From assembly GCA_035221665.1 (NCBI GenBank), contig CM069157.1, positions 24,242,001-24,306,000 on the forward strand: a stretch of DNA of 64,000 nucleotides, read 5' to 3'. This document shows, one piece after another, positions 24,628 to 38,150 of the stretch; positions within the stretch are counted from its first letter, which is position 1; every line of letters begins with the position of its first letter. Origin of the DNA: Okamejei kenojei (Eukaryota). The translations under genes were made by a program, and so were the position numbers. The notes under the pieces were generated by a model. It worked only from the letters and a program-made list of their open reading frames with translations, searched no databases and was not told the origin of the DNA.

Positions 24628-24937
24628 TTGTTTAGAGATACAGCATGGGAACAGGCCCTTCGGCTGATCAGGTCCACGCCAAACATTCATCACCCGTACA
24701 CACTAGTTATCTCATTACACACTAGGGGGCAATTTACAGAGACCAATTAACCTACAAACTAGCATTTGGGCTGTGGGAGGAAACTAGAGTATCAGGAGGA
24801 AACCCACGCTGCAAGAGGGAGAATGTGCAAACTTCATACTGAAGTTTGCACAATCTTCAAACTTCAAGATCAGGATTGAACCCGAATCTCTGGCACAGTG
24901 AGACAGCAGCTCCACCTGTGTGCCACTGTGCCGGCCT
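24628..24937 (-). mobile_element. HE1-like V-SINE
   Basis: Reverse-complement head, V domain and tail; sits head-to-head with the next copy. Confidence 0.85.
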
Positions 24938-24977
24938 GTTTCGATTGAAGAGTGACTCAATCAAATTTCACCTTCCA

Positions 24978-25288
24978 AGGGTGTCAAAGAGGCAGTGATA
25001 AAGTTGCTGCTTTACAGTACCAGGGACCTGGGTTCGATCCTGACTACGGGTGCTGTCTGTACAGAGTTTGTACGTTCTCCCCGTGACCTACGTGGGATTT
25101 CTCCAGGTTCTCCGGTATCCTCCCACACTCCAAAAACATACAGGTTGTTTGGTTAATTGGCTTGGTATAATTGTATATTGTCCCTATTGTTTGTAGGATA
25201 GTGTAAGTGTGCGGTGTTCGCTGGTCGGCGCAGACTCGGTGGGCCGAAGGGCCTGTTTCCGCGCTGTGTCTCTAAACTAAGCTAAGCT
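24978..25288 (+). mobile_element. HE1-like V-SINE
   Basis: gggttcgatcctgactacgggtgctgtctgtac...gggccgaagggcctgtttccgcgctg...ctaaactaag. Confidence 0.9.
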
Positions 25289-26205
25289 ACTTTGGTCCGA
25301 AGCTCTACTTGACTCGTCAAGTGCATGTCTAAGTACTACTAAGGTAATTTCTATCCCCACCACCTTTTCAGGGAATGATTGTCAGACTCCCAGCGCACAT
25401 TGATTTCACAAAAATCCTCATCTCCCCTGTAAACCTTTCAGCAATTACTGCAAAACAATGGACCTTACTTTCTGAGCCCTCTGCCAAGAGGAACATCCTT
25501 CATAATTTTGCACATCTCGACTCAGTCTCTTCTCAGTCTCCACTATTCAGAAGAAAACAATCCAGTTTAACTAACTCAAGATAGTTAAACAACCTCCCCT
25601 ATGAAAGTCCAGTGGTGACAGATTCCAGTGACAAAACACACACATTAGTCATTACTCTTTGAGTTCTGTCACTGAAGCAGTTTTGCATTAATTTTCCCAC
25701 CCTCCTTTTATTACTTTTACTTTTTTGATCATCCTAATTTGTCGGACTTTGTCAAAAGTCGCATTAAATTCCTGCCAACTCCATAAAAATGGATTAATAT
25801 ATCCTTCCTACTCTTTCCTCCATAATAATTTCAATTGTTAGTTAGAATATGAATATGCAAGATTTAAAAGACTTATCAACTCCACCAATTTTCTTTACTG
25901 GAGCATGTTTGCACTGAAACCCTTGAATTTCATTGTTAAATTAATTTGAGTTATTCAAATAAACTGTTTCCAGCCAAGCTTTGTTATGTTATTTCTCAAT
26001 CTATCACCTTGGCCTCATCTCAGTTTAGTACCAATGCTCTTATTTTAATTTGGTCCTTTTCCATAACAATGCTCAGTGATACTGAATTACAGTGTTACTT
26101 AAAGTACACTCCATTGATTTCATTCCACCTGACCAGCCTCATTCACATAAATAATTGCTGCTTTTCCTTCCCGATTTTGGCCTGCTACAGGCTGGTTAAA
26201 ATAAT

Positions 26206-26462
26206 GTTTAAGGAAGACCTGCAGATGCTGGGAAAATCGAAGGTAGACACAAAGTGCTGGAGAAATTCAGCGGGTGAGGCAGCATCTATGGAGAGAAGGA
26301 ATTGGCAACGTTTTGGGTCAAGACCCTTCTTCAGACTGATGTCAGGGGAGGGGGTAAGACAAAGAGAGAAAGTGGGACCAGTGGGAGAACTGGGAATTGG
26401 GTGGGGGGATGAAGACAGGGAGCAAGGGCTACGTTCAGTTAGATTAATAAGGGCTACCTGAA
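26206..26462 (-). mobile_element. Penelope-derived element with 11-bp TSD
   Basis: gttaaaataat at 26195-26205 and 26463-26473; contains the reverse-complemented hammerhead-like core. Confidence 0.8.
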
Positions 26463-28435
26463 GTTAAAATAATTATCACCTTGTGAACTGAAACAAACTA
26501 TGGGTCAGTTACCTTTACTCCTCCGGCCATAAAATACCAAGGGAGAGATTATGCAGATTACGGTGAATAAAACTTTTGTTAGACCACATATTCAACTATT
26601 ACATTCAGTTCTGGGCACCACACTGAATGGATATTAACAGGGATTCTACATCTATTCATGACAACTAGGGCAGTGAGGGCAGAAACATTTTAGCGCATGT
26701 GCCACCCCGACTGACTGAATTGGCATCCATTTGAAGTTAAAATAGTAAAAGTGAACAGTTTGCTCGGCGAGTCACAGCACGATTGGCGTTCATTTTCATC
26801 TTTGCTAATTTTCTTCAATTTACTTTGTAAAAACCGTCACTAGAGGGGAGAAGAAACAAACAAGCCCCACAATTAATGCAGCACTTGCCTGAAAAGATAT
26901 TACCATTACCAATAGTAAAGCTATAAAGCTGGTTACATGTGTATACATTTAAACGACTGCCAGTGTTGATAATATAAAACTAGTCTATGTTCAAAAAGAA
27001 TAGGTGGGAAGAGATGAAAGCAAAGATTGGAAACACATTGCATTACCATGCAGAGTTTCAGCGATGAATACCAGCATTGCCAGGGAAACAAAGAGATTGT
27101 CTCTGCCACCTCATCAGAAGAGAGGGGGGAAAAAACTTTACAAGCGACACACACACGCAGATGTTTGATGAAATATCAGTCTAATGCTGTTAACTTAAGA
27201 AATATCTGGGGATTTTGTCTAAAATGACTGACTGACTACAACAATCTCAGACTTTATTATGCTATAATTCAAGTTGATTTACAGGAACTCACTGGGGCTA
27301 TGAGTTATTTAGCACTTGTGTCTCTATTTATCATCTGCTTTTCACACTATTAGGTAACTTTACATGAATTTGTCTTGATTAGATTTTTTCCAAATCTAAG
27401 CTATGATATTGTAACCAGTTAATAATCTTGGTAATTGCATGTCCTTCCTGATTTGACAAAATTGAGTTAATTTAATTAATACCTTGTTTGTATTCTTGTT
27501 GGTAACTTTGAATTTACATTAGTTCACGGTAGGAACATTTCACAAAACAAGTATTGTATCACTTAGCCCGAGCAACCTGTTTAATGTTTAAAAGATTGCT
27601 GACGAATATAAAACTATGCAAAACAGTCTATTCAATATTTCCATTAACAGTGAATAAGAATACCAAATTACACTTATAAATTCTAGGAATTCTGCTTCAA
27701 GCTGCTAATAATCTGTCAATTACATTTAACCAGATTAATTTTTGTGCAATGAAACTGGCTAATTACAAATGACGGTAGAATAACCTCTGGGGAAGAGTGA
27801 TCTTAATACGAAAACCTCCATATGAAACTCTGAAGGTTGTCATACTAAGAACTAAGTCATACTAAGAACTAAGAGTATTAAACTGAACCACCAACAATTT
27901 ATGTTAATATTAAGAAATAATTACTGTGTTAGATGAGGAAATTCAAAGATATGATGACAGATATCCAATGATACACATTTAAAGAAAGAATGCATACCCA
28001 TCAATGGATATATATTCCTTACTAGAAATTGTCACTAAATAAGACAGTGTTCCAATCAATTCACGTTAGAGAATTTGTGAAAACACACAGGACATTAACA
28101 CGTTGCCATAATGACAAGCAAGTCACGAGATTGGAAAGATTTTGGAAATGAATAAAGCATTACCAAGCAAGAGAATACAGAATAAAATATTAAAACATGC
28201 CAAAACAGATCAAAGGAACTGCTTTGTATATAAAAAGGAACATTAACAAAAAGTGCAAATATTGTTTGGATTATGGAAATATCAAATACTTTATATCCAT
28301 CTCCACACAGAGCTAACCTAACCTTGAAGAGGTACCAATGTTACTTCTACAATGTTGCTAGAACAACATCTAATCAATGTTATTAGATTTTGCTACAACA
28401 TAATAAATGATCAACAAAACTACATTCAGTTGATA

Positions 28436-28503
28436 GCACCCGCTGAGTTTCTCCAGCTTTTTGTGTACCCTCGATTCTCCAGCATCTGCAGTTCCTTCTT
28501 TAA
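28436..28503 (+). mobile_element. Penelope-derived 68-bp insert with 15-bp TSD (one mismatch)
   Basis: tacattcag(t/a)tgata at 28421-28435 and 28504-28518. Confidence 0.85.
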
Positions 28504-28783
28504 TACATTCAGATGATATGTGGTTTTGGGGGGGTGGGGAGAGGGAACGTTACAGGAAAATAGTGCTCCCTTACCTCTGATCCAGTATAAAATGAGTTGA
28601 AGAGCCAGCTAAATGGTCTGCAAAGAAGTCATTGTGTGCAAATGATGGTAAACGTGATCATTGACGAGGGAGATGGAGTGCCCTTCAAGCAGGCTATTTG
28701 GCTTAGATGTCATTGATTGCATTACGTACTCTGAGACTGAAGTCATCCCACAAAGCAGTGATTATCTCACCATGCTTGTGTAG

Positions 28784-28922
28784 TAGGGTTTGAAGAAGAA
28801 GAAGGCTTTCGGCCCAAAACCTTGCCTATTTCCTTCGCTCCATAGATGCTACCTCACCCGCTGAGTTTCTCCAGCATTTTTGTCTACATTCAATTTTCCC
28901 GCATCTGCAGTTCCTTCTTAAA
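28784..28922 (+). mobile_element. Penelope-derived insert with 13-bp TSD
   Basis: catgcttgtgtag at 28771-28783 and 28923-28935. Confidence 0.9.
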
Positions 28923-29203
28923 CATGCTTGTGTAGATGCTGTCTTGTAATTGGGGCAAGTGTCTGAGGAAGCAGGGAGTGAGTCAGAATATCTGGCTTTG
29001 GTCCCTAACTATTTTCAATAAAATAGTTGGCATGAATATATTTCTGGTGGATGGTGACCCCCGGAATATCGATTGTGGTCTATTTGCTAACAGTAAATAT
29101 CAGCTGTAGGTGGTAAAATACCTTTTGGGGAACAGCTTTTCTAGAATCAGAGTCATGAGCATGGAAATGGGCCATTTGGCCTATTACGTCCAAACTGACC
29201 AGT

Positions 29204-29653
29204 CATGGGCCGTGGAACCAGGGGGTGGGGGGGGGGGTGGACTGGGGGGGCTGCAGCCCAGCCACTTTTTTGACTAGACATGTTTCAGTGTCTCCGGCTT
29301 TTGATGAGGCACTGCTGTGCTCAGACCAACCTGGTCGTGGTTATTGGAGAGCCGGGGCGGAGGGAGGGATGGAAGCAGAAGCAGCGCCGGGAGCGAGTGT
29401 TTGCAGGGCTGGCGAGCTGCTCGCTGCAGCTCTGCCCATGGAGTAGCATTAGTGCCGAAGGCAAGGAGGAATCGTTGCGCCGTTGTCGTGAGAGTCTCTG
29501 CGCCAAATTTGCCCTGGTGACAGTGCAACCAACAGCAGACCCCCTCCCACACCCCCCCCGCTCGTTCGCTCCGCTCCTTCGCTGGGTATCCCTGAGGCCG
29601 GTGATCAGTGATCACTCAGCCTCTCCCACTTTCAAACACGCTCCACGGCCGCT
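29204..29653. mobile_element. GC-rich hAT-like MITE inserted into an antisense SINE tail
   Basis: Left end catgggccgtggaacc, right end gctccacggccgct (imperfect TIR); ccagt on both flanks. Confidence 0.65.
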
Positions 29654-30094
29654 CCAGTGGGTACCTTTTCATATTAATCCAATCTTCAGCATTTTATTCA
29701 GAACTTTCTGTGCCCTGGTGATTCAAGTGCTCATCTTGACACATCTTAAATGTTTTTGTATGTCACTTGTGTAAGAAATCCAAGGAGGAATGCAATGCCC
29801 GAAGCCAAGAGGAGGACATAAATGGTCAAGAAAGTGTCACATTAAAAAACATGAATGTGGTACAAAATTTTCCTTTTTATCAGCAAATATATAGAGTAGA
29901 ATAGTTTAAGAATATTCGAACAAGACATTAGACGGAAACATAAATTACAAGTCGGCAATTTCAGCACACAATTAATTAAGGAATTAATATGTTGGCACTA
30001 ATTTCAAAGAGATTTGATGTATAAGAGTAAAGAAGCCTCCCATAATATCCAGGCTTTCAGTGAGAGCAGAACTATAACACAATGTTCAGTTTTA

Positions 30095-30464
30095 TGGGCC
30101 TATCCCACTTAGGCGATTTTTCAGCTGACTACCGGTGACTGTCAAATGCCCGGTCAGCAAAGGCGATTAACTAAAACTACCTACGACTACCTTGACTATC
30201 TACAACTACATGGTAACTCCACTACAACTGCACCTATGACCACAGGATTATCGATTATCTCCATGGCGACCAATTTTAGGTGGCAGAAGAATTTTCAACG
30301 TGTTGAAAAATCTGCGGCGACCATACTGAGGCCGTGACTAGGTCCCAGAATGTGGGAACTCCTCGCGACCATGAAGGAGACTCACCAGAGGCCATCAGCG
30401 ACCATGTTGCGTGCACAGATTCTTCTGAACTCGCCTAAAAGGTCACCAAAGTGGAACAGGCCCA
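30095..30464. mobile_element. PIF/Harbinger MITE, 370 bp, TTA TSD, inserted in a CR1 remnant
   Basis: tta|tgggcctatcccactt ... aagtggaacaggccca|tta. Confidence 0.9.
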
Positions 30465-31509
30465 TTAGATCCCTTACCCAGATAAAGACACATTTGACTA
30501 TGAAAGGTTTGAAAAGGTTTACTCGATATTAAATTAGATTGAAAAGAATGGACCTCTATTGTCTTGGCTATGGAATACTTGGCTATGGAATACACTGAAC
30601 TTTTGGACTGTAAGATTGTTGGGCACTTAAGTTACCAAGCAACAAAGAAAATGGGCAGCCAACTAAATAAATGCTAGGAGGCTGACCATCAACCTAGTGA
30701 AAGGTAGAGAAGGCTTAATGAGTGTAATGGATTGCATATTGTTTTTTTCTATATTTTTTGTTGATGTTGGTGAGAAGTCAACATGGATAGCGAGCACATC
30801 TGCACCCATTGAGAGCTCAGCACAACAGTAGTGTAATGAGAGTTCACAGGCAAGAATTAAAGAAGTAACTAGACACTTGTTCGTGTTGATATACATTGTA
30901 AATGATAACACTGAACTAACTCTTGGGCAATGGGACCCCGCATATTTGGGTTAATTTCTATAAAATGATAGTCCTTAGAATATTCAATTTTTATTTATTT
31001 TTCCTTGTATATTATCATCTTTCATTTACTCTTTAAATTTCCAAGGATTCATACAGGAATTGTGTGGTATATACACTGGCAACAACAATGATAGTGACGA
31101 TACATAATCAATGAATGAGCATAAAGAGCAGATATTCAGACCACAAATATAGGTGAGCAGAGTTGGACAAGTCACCAAAAGGGATAACAGTAATCAGAAT
31201 GGTGAATGGTAAGTTGGCCTTGATAACAAGGATATTGAATTCAATAATTATGAAGCTGATGCTTCAGATGCACAGTCTTAAACATTAAAAAGAATATGTG
31301 GCTGGCAAGCATGTTCACTAAAAAGATACTGTGCGTTAAGGCTAATTTACAAGAATACTTTCCATTAAAATAATTATTTCCCCTTGAATTTAGAAGGTGA
31401 AGAATCTACAGCAAGAGAACATAATATTAAATTTAGTACTAGTTCTTTTTACATTGAAATCAGAATTGTTTTTTTAATTAAATACTAAATATCGAGAAAT
31501 CTAAACTAA

Positions 31510-32185
31510 TGGGCCTGTCCCACTTAGGCGACTTTTTAGGGGAGTGCAGTGACTATGCGGTCGCCACATGTTCTCCACATGTTCGCCTTCATGGTCGTGA
31601 GGAGTTCCCGCATTCAGGGAACTAGTCGCGGCCTCATTCTGGTCGCCGCAGGTTTTTCAACGTGTTGAAAAATTAGCAGCAACCAGAATGATGCCGCCAT
31701 GGAGAGTAGCGAGAATTCTCGTGCCATAGATGAGTCGCCAGGAGGTCCTAGTGGGTTGCCAGGAGGTCGAAGGTTCACATAGGTTTTCGTCGGTGCTGAC
31801 CGGTGAATTTCATTGGCCCATTGGGAGAAAAAAACGAAAGCAGTAATTTTCCGAACCAAGGATAACCGACCGGTAAGGTCTCCACTCCTTCTCCACCTTT
31901 TTCCCCCCTCCCTCTCCCCCCCTCTTTTAAAGGACTTATGTGACTCTTCCCGTATACTGTGCTTTCACTGTCTTAATTACAGCACCAACCTTCCAGTTCA
32001 TCGTAGTGTGTGTCTATATCACATTGGCTTTGCACCGTGTGGATTTCACTCAGACAGCGCTCCCTTCGCTTGCCCTGTCCCCCACCTGCATAACGGGCTG
32101 GTGAAGGAAGCGATGTGTGTGTGTGTTCCACTCTGACAGGCGCCGTTCCAGTGGCATGAAAAATCGCCTAAGTGGGACAGGCCCA
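31510..32185. mobile_element. PIF/Harbinger MITE, 676 bp, TWA target
   Basis: taa|tgggcctgtcccacttaggcga ... tcgcctaagtgggacaggccca|tta; perfect 22-bp TIR. Confidence 0.92.
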
Positions 32186-34344
32186 TTATTCTCCCAAAAG
32201 GCAGAACATAGGTCCATTGACATTGGCATTTGCATGAACGACATACTAATCATCCATGTCCAATTAAATGCTGTAGCAGGAGCAATGGGCGAAATAGCTA
32301 GTATCTAATTTCAGTTATGTGCATGATAATTTACACATCGTTTGTGACAATAATGGGCACAAACATAAACTAAGTGGCGTTGCACTGCATAAAATCTAGG
32401 AAGAAGAAGAAATCATGAGGAAAAAGAGACATTGACAAAGAGCAACAGTGAATATAAAGTATTGAAATCTGCCTGCAAATCCAATAAAAATGGACAGATA
32501 TTGACATCAAAACAAACTTGATAGATAAAATTCACATTGTACACTGGAAATGCTTGTAGTTTCTCATGGAAACCAGCACTAAATACCACAACAGTAGATA
32601 TAATATTGGTGTTCAATATACACTCCTTGGCAAAAATAATTCTGCAAACTATGATTGGATATTATGATTAAAAAATGTTACTTTGCAAATGAACCCAAAT
32701 TTTATGTATATATAAACATAGTAAGTAATTTTCACAAGCAACAGATGGCCCTTCTACATGTTCACTGTGAAATTCAATTAAACTATTTTTATCTCAAAAT
32801 TAATATATCACTTCAAAACAACTGATCTTTGTAATTAAAATAAACATTTGGAGCTCTGTCCTGATATATTGAAAAGTCAACATTCTCATTAAACATTTCA
32901 CATGAAACAAATGAGCAGAAAGTAGATTTTGGTGCAATTATTGAACAGATGTGATACTTCAAATTTCTTTAGAAATGTCTGTGGTATATTTCTGCCAGTA
33001 TGATTATATTCTGAAATCTAATATATTGGTTGCATAACATTCCATTTTTACTATATTTAATATCCTCCATATATAACAAGGGGAAAGTTACTGAGTATGA
33101 AGTTACCAAGTCATTGAACATTACGTCTGAAAAGGAAATTGAAGGGGAAATAACACCACCAGAGGTTGAGGAAGCGAGTGTGACAGCAATAAATAAAGCC
33201 TCAAGGGAGATGGCACAGCAAAATGTATTCAGCTTACAGATTATTAAATCAATAGTTACAGAGATAGTCCAAAGGAAGTTTATGGAGGGATTAGTAAACT
33301 GAAATGTAGAGTCCATTCTATGAAGAATATACCAACAAAACAGAGTTGAAGATGAGCTGGAGAATCAACATGCTTTGAAGAAATGAATCTTTCTTGCAGC
33401 CACACCACTATGTAGCTTTGTAATACACATAAGCAGGCGGTTTAATAGAGGGATACAGACTATGTGCAGATAAATGTTGAGTTAAATTGGCATTATGGTT
33501 GGCACAGACGTGTGGGGCCAACGGACATGCTCTTGTGCTGTACCGTTCTACATTGACTTTATCATTCACTGGCTTCCATATTCTTACTGCTATTTCATGA
33601 GTTCATGACCATTAACAATTCATTCATTTAAATAATTAAAACTATAAAAGATTCTACTTCTGCCATACTTTCTTTCAGGTCACTGCATATCCACTGAGTC
33701 ATTAAGGTTTACAGCACAGAACCTGGGACCTCAGGTCCTTCAATTCTGGCACACTCCTTAAAATTGTGCAGTTTGTTTATTGTACCCTTTTTTGTTCGTC
33801 CGAAGAAAGTGAATCATTTTGTCTGTCAAATTTCATTTGCTACTCGTCTGTCTGTTTCCACTGTTCACTGGAACTTCCTCTCTCATTATAACACTAGTGA
33901 CTAGTGTTACATCTACAAACGTTGGCCTTGTGCCCTGTACATATTATTAATACCATGATTTCAATTTTGCATATAAGCTAAAGATATAATAATACCCATA
34001 CTTTTGTAAATGCCCATACAAATAAAATCAATTGCATTCCAATAGTCTACTCCTATATTGCTGCAACAAAAAAAATGGGTTTGTGCAAACAAAATTTACT
34101 TTCAATAAATCTGTACAAGGTTTCATTTATTCTCTCATTTCTTTCTAAGCACAGATTTCTGTACCAGATTAATGCCTCTAAAAGCTACCCACATTAACCC
34201 AATTGGCCAATGCTGTAATTTCCATCCCTTCTTTTTTTGAACAGATTTAGACACAAGAAACAGTTTATGCTCGAATCTTGAGGAAAAACAGAAGAGCTGA
34301 AGAAACAACGGTTCAAGGAACATCTGTGATGATAATAGACAGAC

Positions 34345-34578
34345 TACGTTTTGGCTTGGAACCCTTCTTCAAACTGATTGAAGTCGAGCTGAGAAAACTG
34401 GGAAAGTAGAGGGGGGGGGGGTGAGACAATGCCTGGTAAGTGATAGGTGGATACAAGTGATGGTGGTTTGACACAGATGGGTGGAGACAACTGCCTGAGA
34501 TGAAAAGGAGCCAAAAAGGTATCGGATAAGGAGTGAAGAAATATAAAGCCAGAGGGATGGATATGGGTGTAAGGGGGT

Positions 34579-34612
<34 letters not shown>

Positions 34613-34745
34613 TAGGAATGAGGGTAATAAAAAGGAAATGGGGGATATGAGTAAGGGAACATATGAAGGGGGAGAAAGGAGCAGGTTGTGGGAGAAATGT
34701 GTACCTTTGGGACAGGGTGGGAGGTATTATCTGAAATTGGAATGG
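34345..34745 (-). mobile_element. Penelope-like element 3' region; continues at 36465-36700 beyond the Rex/Babar insertion
   Basis: acgttttggcttggaacccttcttcaaactga (reverse core), purine-rich body, ending ttatctgaaattgg where the GIY-YIG ORF would end. Confidence 0.7.
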
Positions 34746-36455
34746 GTTTAGTTTAGTTTAGTTTATTATTGTCATATGTACATAGTTACAGTGGAAAGCT
34801 TATGTTTGCATGCTATCCAGTCAAAAAAATTCTACTATATACAGTACGAATACAATGAAGCTGTCCACCGTGTACAGATACATGATAAAGGGTACCACGT
34901 TAAATGCAAGATAAAGTCTGATAAAGTCTGATTAAAGATAGTTCAAACATCTCCAATGAATTAAATAGGAGGTAGGGACCCCTCTAGCTGATGAAAGGAC
35001 TGTTCATTTGCTTGATTACAGCTGGGAATAAATTGTCCCTGAACCTAGAAGCATGCATTTTTAAACTTCTGTGCCTCTTGCCTGATGGAATCGGGGGAAA
35101 GAGAGAGTGACCAGGGTGAGACTGGTTCTTGATAATGCGGGAGGCCTTGTCAAGGCAGTGTAGATGGAATCATTGAAGGGAGGTTGGTTTGCATGAAGGG
35201 CTGGGCTTCAGTCCACAACTTCCTGTAAGTTCTTGATGTCTTGGATGGAACTGTTTGCAAATCAGGCTGTGATGCATCCTAATAAAATGCTTTCTACGGC
35301 ATATCTGTAGAGGTTGGTGAGGGTTGTTGGGGACATGCCAACTTCCTCAGCATTCGAAGGAAGTAGAGGCGTTGGTGTCATTTCTTTGCCATAGCTTTGA
35401 CGTGGCTGGTCCAGGACAAATTGCTGGTGATACTTATTCCTCAAAACTTGACACTTTCGACCATCTCTACTTTGGCGCAATCAACATATGTTTCACTTCA
35501 TGAAATCCATTTACCTGGTCTTGCTTACATTGAGAGGTTCTTGTCTCGCCACCCTACTATGACGTTCTCAATCTAATCAGTCTCATCATTATTTGATATC
35601 CAGCCCACTACTGTGGTATCTTCTGCAAACGTGTAAATTGAGTTGCATTGGAATTTGGCTGTGCAGTCATGAGTGTATGAGGAGTAAAGAAGGGGACTGA
35701 GAATGCATCCTTGTGGGGCACCAGTGTTGAGGATTATCGCAGAGGATGACCTGTCATCTAACCTCACTGATAGCAGTGTGTTGGTCAAGAAGTCGAGGAT
35801 ACAGTTGTGTAGGCATCTGACTTAGGTGTTATTCCTCTCCAAGAGTTCCAGGGATGAGTGTAGGGCCAGGGAGGTGCCATCAGCCATAGATCTGTTGTGG
35901 TGGTACGTGAACTGCAGTGGTTCACGGCTGCTTGGTAGGCTGTAGTTAATATAAGTCTCTTCATGAGGTGGATTTCAAGGCTACTAGATGGTAATCTTTA
36001 AGGCATACAATCGTACTTTCCTTCGACACTGTGGTCTTCTTGAAACAGAGTAGGAAAAGATTAAAGATGTCTGTGAATTCTCCTACTAGTTGGTTTGTGC
36101 AGTGTCTAAGGACGTGACCAGGGATTCCATCCAGACCAATTGTTTTCCATGGGTTTACCCTCAAGAAGGCCACTCTAACTTCTGCAACAGTGACCAAGGG
36201 AAAAGGCACACTTGAGTCTGATGGGGTGGATGTCATCAGGAAGGGCTGCACTATCACCAGTTATGTTGCTCAACTTAGCTTTGCAGCCATTTATAGTATT
36301 CAGGACCTGTCCACCATGGACGGATGTCCGAGTGACTATATACTGGGACCCAAGTCTGTCCATATATTGTCTCTGCATTCCTGATGGCTTTGCAAAGATC
36401 GTAGCGAGATTTCCTGTACCATTGTTTGACTTGTATGCCGCAGTCTTTGGAGAAT
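34746..36455 (-). mobile_element. Rex1/Babar LINE, ~1.7 kb, 5' truncated and decayed
   Basis: LNTGAPQGCILSPLLYSSYTHDC...FAEDTTVVGWISNNDET (ORF 35573); GLDGIPGHVLRHCTNQL..FTDIFNL (ORF 35961); LTNLYRYAVESILLGCITA (ORF 35262); (ctaaa)n tail. Confidence 0.9.
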
Positions 36456-36464
36456 TTAATAAAA

Positions 36465-36700
36465 AATACCATTGGGTTGTAAAGTGGAATATGAGGTGTG
36501 TTCTTTCAGGTTCATGTAGCCTCACTGTGCAATAGAGGAGGCCATGGACAGGTCAGTATGAGAATGGGAAGAGGAGTTAACATGTTTTGCAACAGGGAGA
36601 TTCAGCAGACTTTGGTAGACACAGCATGTTGTATTTGAAATGGTCGCTGAATGTACACTTGGCCGATCCAATGTAATATAGTCCACATCAGGGAAACTTA
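36465..36700 (-). mobile_element. Penelope GIY-YIG endonuclease remnant
   Basis: LPVAKHVNSSSHSHTDLS (ORF 36522) and EPERTHLIF (ORF 36175). Confidence 0.8.
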
Positions 36701-36704
36701 TTTT

Positions 36705-37330
36705 CAGTCTCTCCGCAACTTTTGTTTGCTCATCCCTTCCTTCCCAACCTGCTCCCTTCCCAGGTACATTCCCTTGCAACTGTAGGAGATAGCACACTGT
36801 CACACCTTTCTATTGAAAGCACTCCCTCCACAACTCATTGGTTCGCTCATCCCTTCCTACCCAATTCACCCTCTTGCCAGGTGTGTTCTCCTGCAACTGC
36901 CAGAGGTGTAACAAACCTGTCATTACACTTACTTTCTCACAACCCAACAATCCTTCCAGATGTGACAGAAGTTCGCATGCGCCTCTTCTGACCTCATGTG
37001 ATGCATTCAGCGCTCCTGATGTAGCCTCTTTTACATTGCTGAGATCCAATGTAGATTAAACAATTGATGAACATTGGTGGCCTGTCCACCTAGGCCTGCT
37101 GGATCTCTTGGATGCTAACCATTTTAACGCCCCCATTCCCATACTAACCTTTCAGTCCTTGGCCTCCTCCATTGCCAGAGTGAGGCCACTCACAAACTGG
37201 AGGGACAGCACCTCATGTTCTGCTTGGGTAGCTTACAACCCAATGGTATAAACTTTGAATTCTTCTAATAAATGTAATATCCAATGCCCCCCCCCCCCCC
37301 CCCCCACCCCCCATTCTGGTGCACACTTGT
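36705..37330 (+). mobile_element. Penelope GIY-YIG endonuclease remnant, opposite orientation to 36465-36700
   Basis: PGVFSCNCQRCN, then SHTNLSVLGLLHCQSEATHKLEGQHLMFCLGSLQPNGINFEF; about 70 bp is duplicated (36722 and 36840). Confidence 0.85.
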
Positions 37331-37984
37331 TTCTCCTATGCCCCTCTCCTCCACCACCCCAGTCACTGGCCTTTTTCCTCGTATGTTCTTCTCCTAGTTC
37401 TGTATCCCAATTCCCCATTTATTTTCCCTCCCCTCTTCCTCTGCATTTTATAATTTCCAATTTTGCTACTGCTGTCCCCTTTATAATAATATTGGAAGCA
37501 CTGTCTTTGTTGGAGTATTCACAGGCAACCTTTTCACTTTGTAACTCAGGGATGCCTCCATCACTTTGTTGGCTTCCAATCCCCCTCACCTTCATTCAGT
37601 CTTTCCTGATCACTTTAATGCTTTGTACTATTTCTGGCTTATTTCTTTATTGCCCATTGATCCAATCTCATGCATTCCCTTTGTCCCTTTTATTATCTCC
37701 TCCATTCTTCCGCTGTACTTATTGTATTCAGTTTAGTTATCTGCTGAATTATGCATCTGACATTCACCATAAATTTGTTTTCACTGTTTCTGTTTAAGGT
37801 TTAAATATTTAGTCATCCAGAATTCTTTAGACTCCATTTCATTTTCTCCTTGTATAATGCATCCAGTCAGTTCCTATTCAATTCATCTTTGGCAGCTTAC
37901 ATTTTTTCCCAAAAAAATGAATTAACCATTGGTTAATTGGATTCAATCCATCTGATCCCCACAGAACTCAGTGACATTTTGCAA

Positions 37985-38150
37985 CAAGGAACTGCATATG
38001 CTGATTTACAAAAAGTAACAATGTGATTCACTTTGGAGTAACTCAGCAGGTCAGGCAACATCTCTGGAGAACATAGACAGGTGACGTTTCGGGTTGGCAC
38101 CCTTCTTCAGATTGATTGTGGTGGGGGTGGGGAGAAGGAAGTTAGAGGTG
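37985..38150 (-). mobile_element. Penelope-derived short element
   Basis: ggagtaactcagcaggtcaggcaacatct...gtgacgtttcgggttggcacccttcttcagattga. Confidence 0.8.

Noticed and set aside
25946-26461. 171-aa ORF
   Set aside because: Runs from AT-rich non-coding DNA into an antisense Penelope insert; no recognisable domain.
29280-29774. 164-aa ORF in GC-rich DNA
   Set aside because: Open only because of the GC-rich MITE; no transposase motifs.
33030-33302. 90-aa ORF with protein-like composition
   Set aside because: No recognisable family or splice context, and antisense to the host gene.
37255-37797. 180-aa ORF
   Set aside because: Pyrimidine-rich Penelope 3' region and poly-C; low complexity.
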